From positions 60,001 through 92,000 of the forward strand of contig NC_017448.1 in NCBI RefSeq assembly GCF_000146505.1: DNA of 32,000 nt, in the 5' to 3' direction. Origin of the DNA: Fibrobacter succinogenes subsp. succinogenes S85 (GTDB lineage: Bacteria; Fibrobacterota; Fibrobacteria; Fibrobacterales; Fibrobacteraceae). The translations under genes and the position numbers were made by a program. The notes under the pieces are model-generated. The model was not told the origin of the DNA. It saw only the letters and a list, made by a program, of their open reading frames with translations, and did not search any database. Positions 14,049 to 22,094 of the stretch are shown piece after piece (position 1 is the stretch's first letter; every line of letters starts with the position of its first letter).

Positions 14049-16052
14049 ATGAGACTTTTCGATGAACATGTAGTCTTGCGCTTTGCGCTATTGTTAGCGT
14101 GTTTTCTGTTTGCAGAATCTATACCGGATATTCTGAATTTTACGGAGCACGTCTATAATTTTATACCATATTTTTTGGCGATAGTTTTTTTGGCGTATGT
14201 CGCCTTATTCTATAAATTCCCGATGGACGGCCGGAAAATTCGCAATGATGTGGAAATCCCTGAACCGAAGGTGGTTGAGCCGATTCGTGATCTCCGTAAG
14301 GATCTTTTAGAAAAAGATGAAATGTTCCAGATGATGATTGATGTTTCGTCGGATGGTTTCTGGACGTTTGATGTCGCATCAGGGAAAGTTTATTGGTCGA
14401 ATCGGATTGCCAAGTTGCTTGCCACCGATAGCGCAAGCCTAGAAGATTCCTTTGAACCTTTGAAAAAGCGCGTGATTGAAAGCGACTGGAACGCTTTCCG
14501 TGAACAGCTGAATGCCGCATTGCAGACCTCTGGAACATTCTCTTGCACCCTGACGTTGCTTGACGCTTCTAAGAAGAACATGAAACTTGTGATTAGCGGT
14601 CGCGTCCAGAGCAATAATCTTGGTCGCCCGATTCGCGTAATTGGTTCTTTGACAGAAGCTCTTGACCGCAAGTCTGTTGAACGCGAACATTACAACTATG
14701 TTTATCAGGATGCGCTTACAGGCGTTTATAACCGCAAGTATTTCCTTGAAAAGTTAAAGACGGATGTTGATATTGCGGCGAAGCGTCCGGACTATGTTTT
14801 TGCAGTCGCTCTTTTGGATATCGATAGCTTTGGGGCCATTAACGCTTCTTATTCTATCAAGATTGGGGATAATGTTCTCCGTACGATTGCAGACCGCTTA
14901 AAATCGATTGCTCGCCCCGATGATTGTGTGGCTCGTATTGGACCGGATGTTTTTGCCGTTATTTTGCACAACATCCAGAGTCGTGATCCGAATGACGATT
15001 TGATTCCGCTTGTCCGTAATATTCATAACAAAGTTAAGTCTCCGATTTCGCTGGAAGGCAAGGACTTGTACATCAGTGTTTCGATGTCGATTGTCGTGAA
15101 CCAGGATGTCGATTGCGTCGAAGATATTCTCGCCAATGCAAATGCAAGCCTTCGCGATATGAAGAAGGGCATTAACCATGGCGGTATCCAGTTCTTTAGC
15201 GGTGGCATTCGCGAAAAGGCGATGAAGCTTTACAAGCTCGAATTCGAAATCCGCAGGGCTATTCAGGCACAAGAATTTGTGCTGATGTACCAGCCGATTG
15301 TCGATATTCAGGCGGGCAACAAGATTGTGGGCTTTGAAGCGCTTGTGCGCTGGAACCAGTCGGAACGAGGCATTATCTCGCCGGCTGAATTTATCCCGAT
15401 TGCCGAAGAAACGGGCCTTATTGTGCCGATGGGGGCGCTCATCTTGCGCATGGCTTGTAAGCAGACCAAGCAATGGGTGGACATGGGCTATAAGGATATC
15501 CAGGTGGCGGTGAACTTCTCGGCAAAGCAGTTCTCGATGGATTCCATGGTTGACGATGTGCGCCGTGTGCTGACCGAAACGAACTTGAATCCGCGCAATT
15601 TGAAGCTTGAAATTACGGAATACACTGCTATGTGCGAAGCGGACAAGACGATTGAAATCATGCGTGCGCTTTCGAATATGGGCATCCAGATTTCGATTGA
15701 TGACTTTGGAACGGGTTACAGCTCTCTGTCTTACCTGAAGCGCTATCCAGTGCATACGCTCAAGATGGACAAGTACTTTGTGGATCATGTGGCGGATAAC
15801 GAAGAAGATGCTTCGTTTGCCCGCATGGTGATTGGCATTGCGAAGTCCTTGAATTTGGATCTCATCGCCGAAGGCGTTGAAACGAAGGAACAGCTCGACT
15901 TCTTGTACCGCGAAGGCTGCCACTTGATTCAGGGCTTCTACTTTAGTAGACCGCTCAATACGGATATGGCGCTAGAGTACATGAAGGAACATTACAATGT
16001 TCCGACGCAGGGATCCAGCTTCGAAACGGAACCGGAAGCCGTTAAAGCTTAA
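14049..16052 (+). CDS. Membrane PAS / degenerate-GGDEF / EAL protein (probable c-di-GMP phosphodiesterase)
   Basis: Two N-terminal hydrophobic helices and a PAS-like region (DVSSDGFWTFDVASGKVYWSNR). The GGDEF position reads GPDVF (14940-14954), with RPDD exactly 5 residues upstream (I-site RxxD). The EAL signature set is intact: EALVRW, EITE, DDFGTGYSSL, KMDK, EGVE, QGFYFSRP. Confidence 0.9.
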   Translation: MRLFDEHVVLRFALLLACFLFAESIPDILNFTEHVYNFIPYFLAIVFLAYVALFYKFPMDGRKIRNDVEIPEPKVVEPIRDLRKDLLEKDEMFQMMIDVSSDGFWTFDVASGKVYWSNRIAKLLATDSASLEDSFEPLKKRVIESDWNAFREQLNAALQTSGTFSCTLTLLDASKKNMKLVISGRVQSNNLGRPIRVIGSLTEALDRKSVEREHYNYVYQDALTGVYNRKYFLEKLKTDVDIAAKRPDYVFAVALLDIDSFGAINASYSIKIGDNVLRTIADRLKSIARPDDCVARIGPDVFAVILHNIQSRDPNDDLIPLVRNIHNKVKSPISLEGKDLYISVSMSIVVNQDVDCVEDILANANASLRDMKKGINHGGIQFFSGGIREKAMKLYKLEFEIRRAIQAQEFVLMYQPIVDIQAGNKIVGFEALVRWNQSERGIISPAEFIPIAEETGLIVPMGALILRMACKQTKQWVDMGYKDIQVAVNFSAKQFSMDSMVDDVRRVLTETNLNPRNLKLEITEYTAMCEADKTIEIMRALSNMGIQISIDDFGTGYSSLSYLKRYPVHTLKMDKYFVDHVADNEEDASFARMVIGIAKSLNLDLIAEGVETKEQLDFLYREGCHLIQGFYFSRPLNTDMALEYMKEHYNVPTQGSSFETEPEAVKA

Positions 16053-16882
16053 ATTCCGTAACACGTTCTAGTGTTTTCGCGACAGTGATGGTAGAGTTCT
16101 TCTACCGTCACATTTTTTATTTCGGCGAGTTTGTCGGCGATAAACGGGATGTAGCCGGAGTGGCAAGGCTTGCCGCGGAAGGGGACGGGCGCCATGTAAG
16201 GGGCGTCGGTCTCCAAAAGCATCTGGTCGAGCGGTACGAGTGCTGCTGCATCCCGGACGTTTTGCGCGTTGTTGAACGTGACGATTCCCGTGAATCCGAC
16301 GAAGATGTTTGCGTCTAGCTGAAGGAGTTGTTCAACGAATTCGGACGTTCCTGTAAAGCAATGAACGTGAACGTTGCGGTCGTGTAAGTTCGCGGTGCGG
16401 AGCACGGCGAGGGCGTCGTCATCGGCTTCGCGGAGGTGGAGTACTAGAGGCTTGCCGCTTTCGATGCCGAGCTGCAAATGGCGCTCGAAGAGCTTGACTT
16501 GGGCTGCCTTTGTTTCGGCGCCGTAATGGTAGTCGAGACCGAATTCACCGCAGGCGACGCACTTGGGGTGGGCGAGGAATTCAAGGAGTCGGGCTTCGTC
16601 TTCGGCGGTCTCTGTTTCAACGTACTCGGGATGAATGCCATAAGCGGAGTAGACGAATGGATACTTTTCGCTGAGTTCGCGAGCGCGGTCAAAGTCTGCC
16701 GGGTCGCAGGCGACATGGATAAATGCTTCTGGCTGTGCTATTTTGGATGCGACCGCTTTTTCCTTGGCGGAACTGCGTTCGGTCGTGAAACTTGCGGATT
16801 GGAATCTCTCTAAAAGCGCGTCAAAGGATTCGCCTGCATGGCGCTCGTAAGAATCAATATGACAATGAGTATCGATGAACAT
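16049..16882 (-). CDS. tatD: TatD-family metal-dependent hydrolase/DNase
   Basis: The N-terminus MFIDTHCHID is the HxH metal motif, with further His/Asp motifs (LVLHLREA, VHVHCFTG, LLETDAPY). Length is 277 aa. Confidence 0.85.
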   Translation of the reverse strand: MFIDTHCHIDSYERHAGESFDALLERFQSASFTTERSSAKEKAVASKIAQPEAFIHVACDPADFDRARELSEKYPFVYSAYGIHPEYVETETAEDEARLLEFLAHPKCVACGEFGLDYHYGAETKAAQVKLFERHLQLGIESGKPLVLHLREADDDALAVLRTANLHDRNVHVHCFTGTSEFVEQLLQLDANIFVGFTGIVTFNNAQNVRDAAALVPLDQMLLETDAPYMAPVPFRGKPCHSGYIPFIADKLAEIKNVTVEELYHHCRENTRTCYGI

Positions 16883-16886
16883 GATT

Positions 16887-16921
16887 TAGTAGACAGTAGG
16901 AAGTAGGCGGTAGGAAGTAGA
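16887..16921 (+). repeat. Five tandem heptamers NRGTAGR (TAGTAGA CAGTAGG AAGTAGG CGGTAGG AAGTAGA)
   Basis: Direct reading. The array starts 5 nt upstream of the tatD start codon. Confidence 0.85.
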
Positions 16922-16930
16922 AACTGGGCT

Positions 16931-16957
16931 GTTATTCCCGCGAAAGTGGGAATCTCC
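16931..16957 (+). repeat. Hairpin repeat family A copy (GTTATTCCCGC-GAAA-GTGGGAATCTCC)
   Basis: Same stem and 3' flank (GGGAATCTCCTT..TTTAATAA) as 3422-3461. Confidence 0.8.
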
Positions 16958-16978
16958 TTCTTTAATAAAGAAATGGAG

Positions 16979-17000
16979 ATGCCCGTTCGGGGACGGGCAT
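16979..17000 (-). terminator. Probable intrinsic terminator of greA
   Basis: ATGCCCGT/ACGGGCAT stem 8 nt past the greA stop. A T-rich tract follows on the minus strand (CTCCATTTCTTTATT). Confidence 0.6.
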
Positions 17001-17007
17001 GACATGT

Positions 17008-17475
17008 TTAATAATTAACTTCCAGAATCTCGTAAACAATTTTTCCGCGGGGGGCTTGGACTTCGACGGTGTCGCCGGCTTTCTTGCCTTGGAGCGCTTC
17101 ACCGATGGGGGACTTCATGCTGATGCGACCCTGGAGCGGGTCGATTTCCTTGTCGCCGACGATGCTGTAAATTTTTTCGCGTTTGGTCTTCTTGTCAATC
17201 ATTTTGACGGTGGCGCCAAAGCGGATGGAACCGTCCTTGGTGGCGGCATTTTCAACAATCTGTGCGCCATCCAAAATGCGGTCGAGTTCACGCAAGCGGC
17301 GGTCGATTTCGCGCACGCGCATACGCCCGTATGTGTAGGCGGCGTTTTCACTGCGGTCGCCTTCGGCAGCGGCGGCTTGCACCTGGTTGATCATTGCCGG
17401 GCGTTCGACATATTTGAGATGTTCCCATTCTGCCTTGAATTTTTCAAAGCCTTCTTTCGAAATCAAGTGTTTCAT
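17008..17475 (-). CDS. greA: Transcript cleavage factor GreA
   Basis: MKHLISKEGFEKFKAEWEHLK..., then the coiled-coil region AAAEGDRSENAAY and a C-terminal domain with ISMKSPIGEALQGKKAGD. I start at the internal ATG 17475 (155 aa, normal Gre length) rather than the ORF-track 17520. Confidence 0.9.
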   Translation of the reverse strand: MKHLISKEGFEKFKAEWEHLKYVERPAMINQVQAAAAEGDRSENAAYTYGRMRVREIDRRLRELDRILDGAQIVENAATKDGSIRFGATVKMIDKKTKREKIYSIVGDKEIDPLQGRISMKSPIGEALQGKKAGDTVEVQAPRGKIVYEILEVNY

Positions 17476-17531
17476 GCGGTAAAAATTAAAAAATTTGCTG
17501 TTTATGGTTTGTAACATCAAAAAACTTTAAT

Positions 17532-17566
17532 CGTCATTCTGAGGGGCTTGCCCCGAAGAATCCAGT
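17532..17566 (+). repeat. Hairpin repeat family A' copy (CGTCATTCTGAG-GGGCTTGCCCCG-AAGAATCCAGT)
   Basis: Imperfect palindrome. Its conserved flanks CGTCATTCTGAG / GAAGAATCCAGT are shared with the in-CDS copies at 17879 and 18101. A partial inverted copy GTCAGAATGAC lies at 17618-17628. Confidence 0.8.
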
Positions 17567-17658
17567 AAAGTCTTTTAATGCGTAAACAAGAATTGACCGG
17601 TTTCTTCCGCCTTTGGCGTCAGAATGACATAAGGATACGACTACTCAATCAAATAAAT

Positions 17659-17666
17659 TATATTTG
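17659..17666 (+). promoter_or_regulatory. Candidate -7 promoter element TATATTTG
   Basis: Exact TAnnTTTG, 27 nt upstream of the ATG at 17693. Confidence 0.35.
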
Positions 17667-17692
17667 TTAAAAACTTTATATCAGAGAATCTT

Positions 17693-18892
17693 ATGTTGTT
17701 GAAGAATTTATGGTGTGGAAAGATGTCTTTGCGTGGGTGCGTGGTTTCTGCGGCTGTTTCTGGTTTGCTTTTGCTTGCTGCTTGTGATGAAGATAGCGGT
17801 ACTAGCGCTCCAAATGACAATGGAATTTCTAGTTCTGAAGAAATTCAGAGTTCTTCTAGCAGTCTAAAAGTTGAATCGTCGTCCAGCGTCATTCTGAGTG
17901 GTGATGGCCACGAAGAATCTAGTCGCAGTTCATCATCGAACTTGAAGACCATTTCGTCCTCTAGCAAGCAATTGAATTCATCTTCAAGTTATAAACCTAG
18001 TTCATCATCGAGCTTGATAGTTTCGTCCTCTAGCAAGCAGATGAGTAGCTCTTCGAGTCTGATATCTAGCTCGTCTTCTAGTAGCCAAAAAGTTGGATTA
18101 TCGTCCAGCGTCATTCTGAGTGGTGATAGCCACGAAGAATCCAGTAGCAGTTTATCAGCTGAATTGAATTGTTCGATGCGTTTAGAATGGGGGACAGACA
18201 GAAGTTGGAATTTTCCTAAAGAATGTCGCTTTAATTCAGAAATAGCTTACGACTCCATAACAGATTCTCGCGATGGTCAAATTTACAAGATTGTGAAAAT
18301 TGGTAATCAAGTGTGGATGGCCGAAAACTTGAATTATGCGGACAGTGCCACAACATTGAGTTTAAAGGACAGGAGCTGGTGCTATGGCAACAATCCAGAA
18401 AACTGTGCTCTGGCGGGTCGCCTTTATACTTGGGCGGCAGCGATTGACTCAGTGAAACTTGCTACCGATAAAGATAACCCGCAGGATTGTGGTTATGAAA
18501 AAAGTTGTGCATTGCCCGATACGGTGTACGGAATTTGCCCACCGGGTTGGCACTTGCCGAAATACCAGGAATGGAAAACGTTGTTTAACGAGGTCGGTGG
18601 AGATTCTATTGCCGCCAAGATGTTGAAGTCGCAGGCTGGCTGGCGTTATAATAATTACAATAATGGTTCTAGCGGAAATGGTACAGACGCGTTTGGTTTT
18701 TCCGCGTTGCCCGCTGGTGGCAGGTACTACGATGGCAATTTCGACCGCGATGGCAACAACGCCCATTTCTGGACATCCACGGAATATGATAGCTATAATG
18801 CCTATGACGTGCTCTTGCTTTATGAATACGACAATGTGTACCGAAGCCTCAACAAATATGAAGGTTTTTCAATCCGTTGTTTAAAGAACTAA
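17693..18892 (+). CDS. Lipoprotein with a Ser-rich linker and a C-terminal Fibrobacter succinogenes major paralogous (FISUMP, TIGR02145-like) domain
   Basis: Signal/lipobox ...LLLLAAC. The linker is about 120 aa of poly-Ser. The C-terminal domain motifs are DSRDGQIYKIVKIGNQVWMAENLNY, GRLYTWAAA, GICPPGWHLPKYQEW, FGFSALPAGGRY, AHFWTSTE and GFSIRCLKN. The start could also be M11 (17723). Confidence 0.88.
   Translation: MLLKNLWCGKMSLRGCVVSAAVSGLLLLAACDEDSGTSAPNDNGISSSEEIQSSSSSLKVESSSSVILSGDGHEESSRSSSSNLKTISSSSKQLNSSSSYKPSSSSSLIVSSSSKQMSSSSSLISSSSSSSQKVGLSSSVILSGDSHEESSSSLSAELNCSMRLEWGTDRSWNFPKECRFNSEIAYDSITDSRDGQIYKIVKIGNQVWMAENLNYADSATTLSLKDRSWCYGNNPENCALAGRLYTWAAAIDSVKLATDKDNPQDCGYEKSCALPDTVYGICPPGWHLPKYQEWKTLFNEVGGDSIAAKMLKSQAGWRYNNYNNGSSGNGTDAFGFSALPAGGRYYDGNFDRDGNNAHFWTSTEYDSYNAYDVLLLYEYDNVYRSLNKYEGFSIRCLKN
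17879..17923 (+). repeat. In-frame copy 1 of hairpin family A' inside the lipoprotein CDS (encodes SSSVILSGDGHEESS)
   Basis: TCGTCCAGCGTCATTCTGAGTGGTGATGGCCACGAAGAATCTAGT is 43/45 identical to 18101-18145 and shares flanks with intergenic 17532-17566. Confidence 0.85.
18101..18145 (+). repeat. In-frame copy 2 of hairpin family A' inside the lipoprotein CDS (encodes SSSVILSGDSHEESS)
   Basis: TCGTCCAGCGTCATTCTGAGTGGTGATAGCCACGAAGAATCCAGT, in the same codon phase as copy 1 and 222 nt downstream. Confidence 0.85.
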
Positions 18893-18942
18893 ACTTGTGC
18901 ACTAAGTCATATCTTTTTTCTTGATTCATTGAAAAACTTGAT

Positions 18943-18969
18943 TTTACAGTGCGAAAATTTCTATCTTTG
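18943..18969 (+). promoter_or_regulatory. Candidate FCB-type promoter: TTTACA-N13-TATCTTTG
   Basis: Same bipartite pattern and the same TTTCTATCTTTG context as the ACP operon promoter candidate. The SD AGAGGTGA lies just before the ATG at 18993. Confidence 0.45.
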
Positions 18970-18992
18970 GCACGATAAATTCAAGAGGTGAT

Positions 18993-20819
18993 ATGGTTAA
19001 ATTGAGAAGGAACGAATCGAAGTACAAGCGCTTAAGCCGTATTTATTACAATAGGATGTTTCCGAGGCGTCAGGATGCCATGCGTGTGGCGTGGTCTGTG
19101 GCGGCGGGGGTCTTTATTGGTATTTGGCCGACGATTGGGGTTGCCATTATTTTGACGGTTGCGTTCTGTGCCTTGTTCCGCCTTCCTAAGGTTCCGGGGA
19201 TTGTCTCGTCGTTTGTGGCAAACCCGCTGACTCAGTTCGGATTTTTCTACCCGACGGGTTATATGCTCGGGTGTAAGATTGTCCATCCGGAGGCGATTAA
19301 GTTTGATTTTTTGGAAGAATTCCAGGGGCTTTCGTTCAAAAATTTCACGACGGTGATTGGGCATTTGTGGAATGATGCTGCGGACCACCTGTTGGCGTTC
19401 ATGATTGGCATTACAATTGTCGCTGCTATTGGCGGCGCCATCTTCTTTTTTCTAGCTTATTTCATCGTAAGTTACAGGAAGAAAAAATGGATTGAGGCAA
19501 AGACGGGTTATATCCATAACTTGATTGCCGAAGACGAAGTTTTAATCAAAGAAGCACACAAAGGAAAGAAACCTATGATGCACATCTATCCGTTCAAGGC
19601 TTTGCGTCCGGTGAACCCGGCTGAAGCTGAGACTATCTCTGCGCTCCCTTACGACGTGATGAATCGCGCCGAAGCCAAAGCTATGGCTGAGGGCCTTCCG
19701 CACTCCTACTTGCGCGTGACGCGTGCCGAACTCGAACTTCCGGATTCTGTCGACGCTTACGATCCGAAGGTTTATGCCCACGCTCGTGAAAATCTCGACA
19801 AGATGATCGAAGACGGCGTGATCGCTTTCGACCAGAAGCCGTGCCTCTACGTTTATCGCCAGACGATGAACGGTCGCGAACAGTACGGTCTTGTGTGCTG
19901 CGTTCCGGCTGCCGACTACTTCAACGGCACCATCAAGAAGCACGAACTTACCCGCGCTGACAAGGAAGAAGACCGTTTGCGCCATGTGCTCGCCACGAAC
20001 GCCAATACGGGTCCGGTATTCCTCACTTACCGCGACAACGGCCAGTTTGATATCTTCGGTGCCGTGACCAAGCGCAAGCCTGTTTACGACTTCGTGAGCA
20101 AGGGCGACGGCTTTGGCCATACCGTCTGGATTATCGACGACGATGCAGAAATCGAAGCTATCCGCAAGTCCTTTGAATCTGTTCCGGTAAGCTACATCGC
20201 TGACGGTCACCACCGCAGTGCTGCTGGTGCTCGTGCTGCCAGCTACCGCGCCGAACAGAATCCGAAGAACACGGGCGACGAAGAATACAACCGTTACCTC
20301 GCTATCCTCTTCCCGAGCACCCAGCTCAAGATTTTGGACTACAACCGCGTGCTTAAGGACTTGAACGGCCGCACGCCGGAACAGCTCATGGAAGAAATGA
20401 AGCTTGTGTTCGATATCGAAGAATTGCCGAGCATGCAGAGCCCGGCTAAGCAGAACCAGGTGAACTTCTACATGGGCGGCAAGTGGTATGCTTGCACATT
20501 CAAGGACAAGTTCCTCAAGAATCTTGGCCCGGTCGACAGCCTCGACGTGGCACTCCTCCAGAAGCTCATCTTGAAGCCGCTCTTTGACATTGACGATCCG
20601 CGTACTTCCAAGCGCATCGACTTTGTCGGTGGCATCCGTGGTCTCGGCGAACTCGTAAAGCGCGTCGATAGCGGTGAATGCGCTTGCGCATTTGCAATGT
20701 ACCCGACCACGCTCGATCAGCTCATGAGCATAGCCGATGCTGGCGAAATCATGCCGCCGAAGAGCACTTGGTTTGAACCGAAGCTCCGCGACGGTCTCTT
20801 GGTCCACACGCTCGACTAA
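18993..20819 (+). CDS. DUF2062-like membrane domain fused in frame to a DUF1015-family protein
   Basis: Residues 1-170 are basic at the N-terminus and have hydrophobic helices (VAWSVAAGVFIGIWPTIGVAIILTVAF.., IVAAIGGAIFFFLAYFIV), resembling DUF2062. From M195 (ATG 19575, preceded by AAGGAAAG), MMHIYPFKALRPV...YIADGHHRSAA is a typical DUF1015 sequence. No stop codon separates the two parts. Confidence 0.7.
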   Translation: MVKLRRNESKYKRLSRIYYNRMFPRRQDAMRVAWSVAAGVFIGIWPTIGVAIILTVAFCALFRLPKVPGIVSSFVANPLTQFGFFYPTGYMLGCKIVHPEAIKFDFLEEFQGLSFKNFTTVIGHLWNDAADHLLAFMIGITIVAAIGGAIFFFLAYFIVSYRKKKWIEAKTGYIHNLIAEDEVLIKEAHKGKKPMMHIYPFKALRPVNPAEAETISALPYDVMNRAEAKAMAEGLPHSYLRVTRAELELPDSVDAYDPKVYAHARENLDKMIEDGVIAFDQKPCLYVYRQTMNGREQYGLVCCVPAADYFNGTIKKHELTRADKEEDRLRHVLATNANTGPVFLTYRDNGQFDIFGAVTKRKPVYDFVSKGDGFGHTVWIIDDDAEIEAIRKSFESVPVSYIADGHHRSAAGARAASYRAEQNPKNTGDEEYNRYLAILFPSTQLKILDYNRVLKDLNGRTPEQLMEEMKLVFDIEELPSMQSPAKQNQVNFYMGGKWYACTFKDKFLKNLGPVDSLDVALLQKLILKPLFDIDDPRTSKRIDFVGGIRGLGELVKRVDSGECACAFAMYPTTLDQLMSIADAGEIMPPKSTWFEPKLRDGLLVHTLD

Positions 20820-20870
20820 TTAGTGGATTGCGCGCGTGATGCGCGGACATCGCTAAAACAGAATTGCAGA

Positions 20871-20895
20871 ACGCACCCGGCTCGGGTGCGTTTTT
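20871..20895 (+). terminator. Intrinsic terminator
   Basis: ACGCACCCG-GCT-CGGGTGCGT stem followed by T5. Confidence 0.75.
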
Positions 20896-21105
20896 GCGTT
20901 TGATACGCAATGCTTTTATTTTTGCGTTCCTGCAAACGGTTGATTGCAAAATGAGTCAATAATTCGTTTTTGTTGTGCCAGAATTCTACATTTCCCGCCG
21001 GTGATGTTTAATATGGTGTGTGGAATATGGATTTAAGTCAAAAGCACAAGTGGATGCATGTTTTGCATCTTACCGGTTTAATTGTTCTGTTGAAACTTAA
21101 ACGAT

Positions 21106-22080
21106 TTAAGTTTTGGTAGCTGATTTCTTTTTAGAATCTTTTTTCGGCTTTTCGGTTTTCTTCTTTTGTGTTTTTTTCAAAAGAGAACGGATTGAATTCT
21201 GAAGCTCGAAAATGCGGTTGTCTATTTTGTTCTGAATTTTGTTGGCTGTTTTGTTGGCGCGACCGATAAGACGGTTTTTGGTAAAATAGCCGATTTCTCT
21301 AGAGTCTGCACAATGATTGGATTTTTCGCAGACGAGATAGTAGCAGTCTTCAGGAACAACGTAAAAAGAAATCTTTGAAGAGTCGTTGGCGTTGTATAAT
21401 TCACGCTTGATGTGGATGGGCGTGTTGCCTGGCTCTGCAAGGAATATTTGAAGCTCAACGAGGAATCTGTCTTGCCAGGGCATGTAGTCAATTTCTTGCA
21501 GACTCACAAGGCGGTTTCCGAGCTTTGTGGAACCGATGCGTTCTAGAGGCATTTCGCGGTTGCCTTGCCAAAGGCTGGACTTGATGTAGATTTTCTCGTT
21601 TTGCTCGTGCATGAGAGCGATCAAGTAGTCTTGTTCAACGTCGTTTAGCTGGTCAAAGCGGAGTGTATCGCCTTTGCGCGGAACATAGATGCTGCGCGTT
21701 TCGATAAATGCGTCTTCGCCTTTCCATTTGAAGTTGCGGTGCGGTGTGTAGACCTTGCCGTTGTTTGTGATGGTGATGGAGTCTCCTGGAACGCCGAGAA
21801 CTTTGCGCACCATATTGTCTTGGTTGCGCATGACTCCCCAGACGAAATCGCCATCCACAATTTTTTCTGTACAGCTCGGGAGCTTGCACATCCACATCAC
21901 ACCGTTTTTTTTGAATTTGGGGTATAGCGAATTGTCTTGTAAGCGGACGGGTTCAAAAATATAAGTGCGTACACCGACCATGATTGTCAGCACTATGCCG
22001 AGAATAAAGACTAGGAAAAACACGTGCGCCCTGGAGTGGCGTCGTTGCAATGACCTGACTTTACGATCGAGTGCTGACAT
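21106..22080 (-). CDS. lepB: Signal peptidase I (S26 family) with a Lys-rich C-terminal tail
   Basis: N-terminal TM helix. The Ser box reads DNSLYPKF (canonical SMxPTL), the Lys box MVRKVLGVPGDSITI, and box E ADSREIGYF. It lies immediately downstream of lepA, the classic lepA-lepB arrangement. Confidence 0.75.
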   Translation of the reverse strand: MSALDRKVRSLQRRHSRAHVFFLVFILGIVLTIMVGVRTYIFEPVRLQDNSLYPKFKKNGVMWMCKLPSCTEKIVDGDFVWGVMRNQDNMVRKVLGVPGDSITITNNGKVYTPHRNFKWKGEDAFIETRSIYVPRKGDTLRFDQLNDVEQDYLIALMHEQNEKIYIKSSLWQGNREMPLERIGSTKLGNRLVSLQEIDYMPWQDRFLVELQIFLAEPGNTPIHIKRELYNANDSSKISFYVVPEDCYYLVCEKSNHCADSREIGYFTKNRLIGRANKTANKIQNKIDNRIFELQNSIRSLLKKTQKKKTEKPKKDSKKKSATKT

Positions 22081-22094
22081 GGTTCGGATTACGA

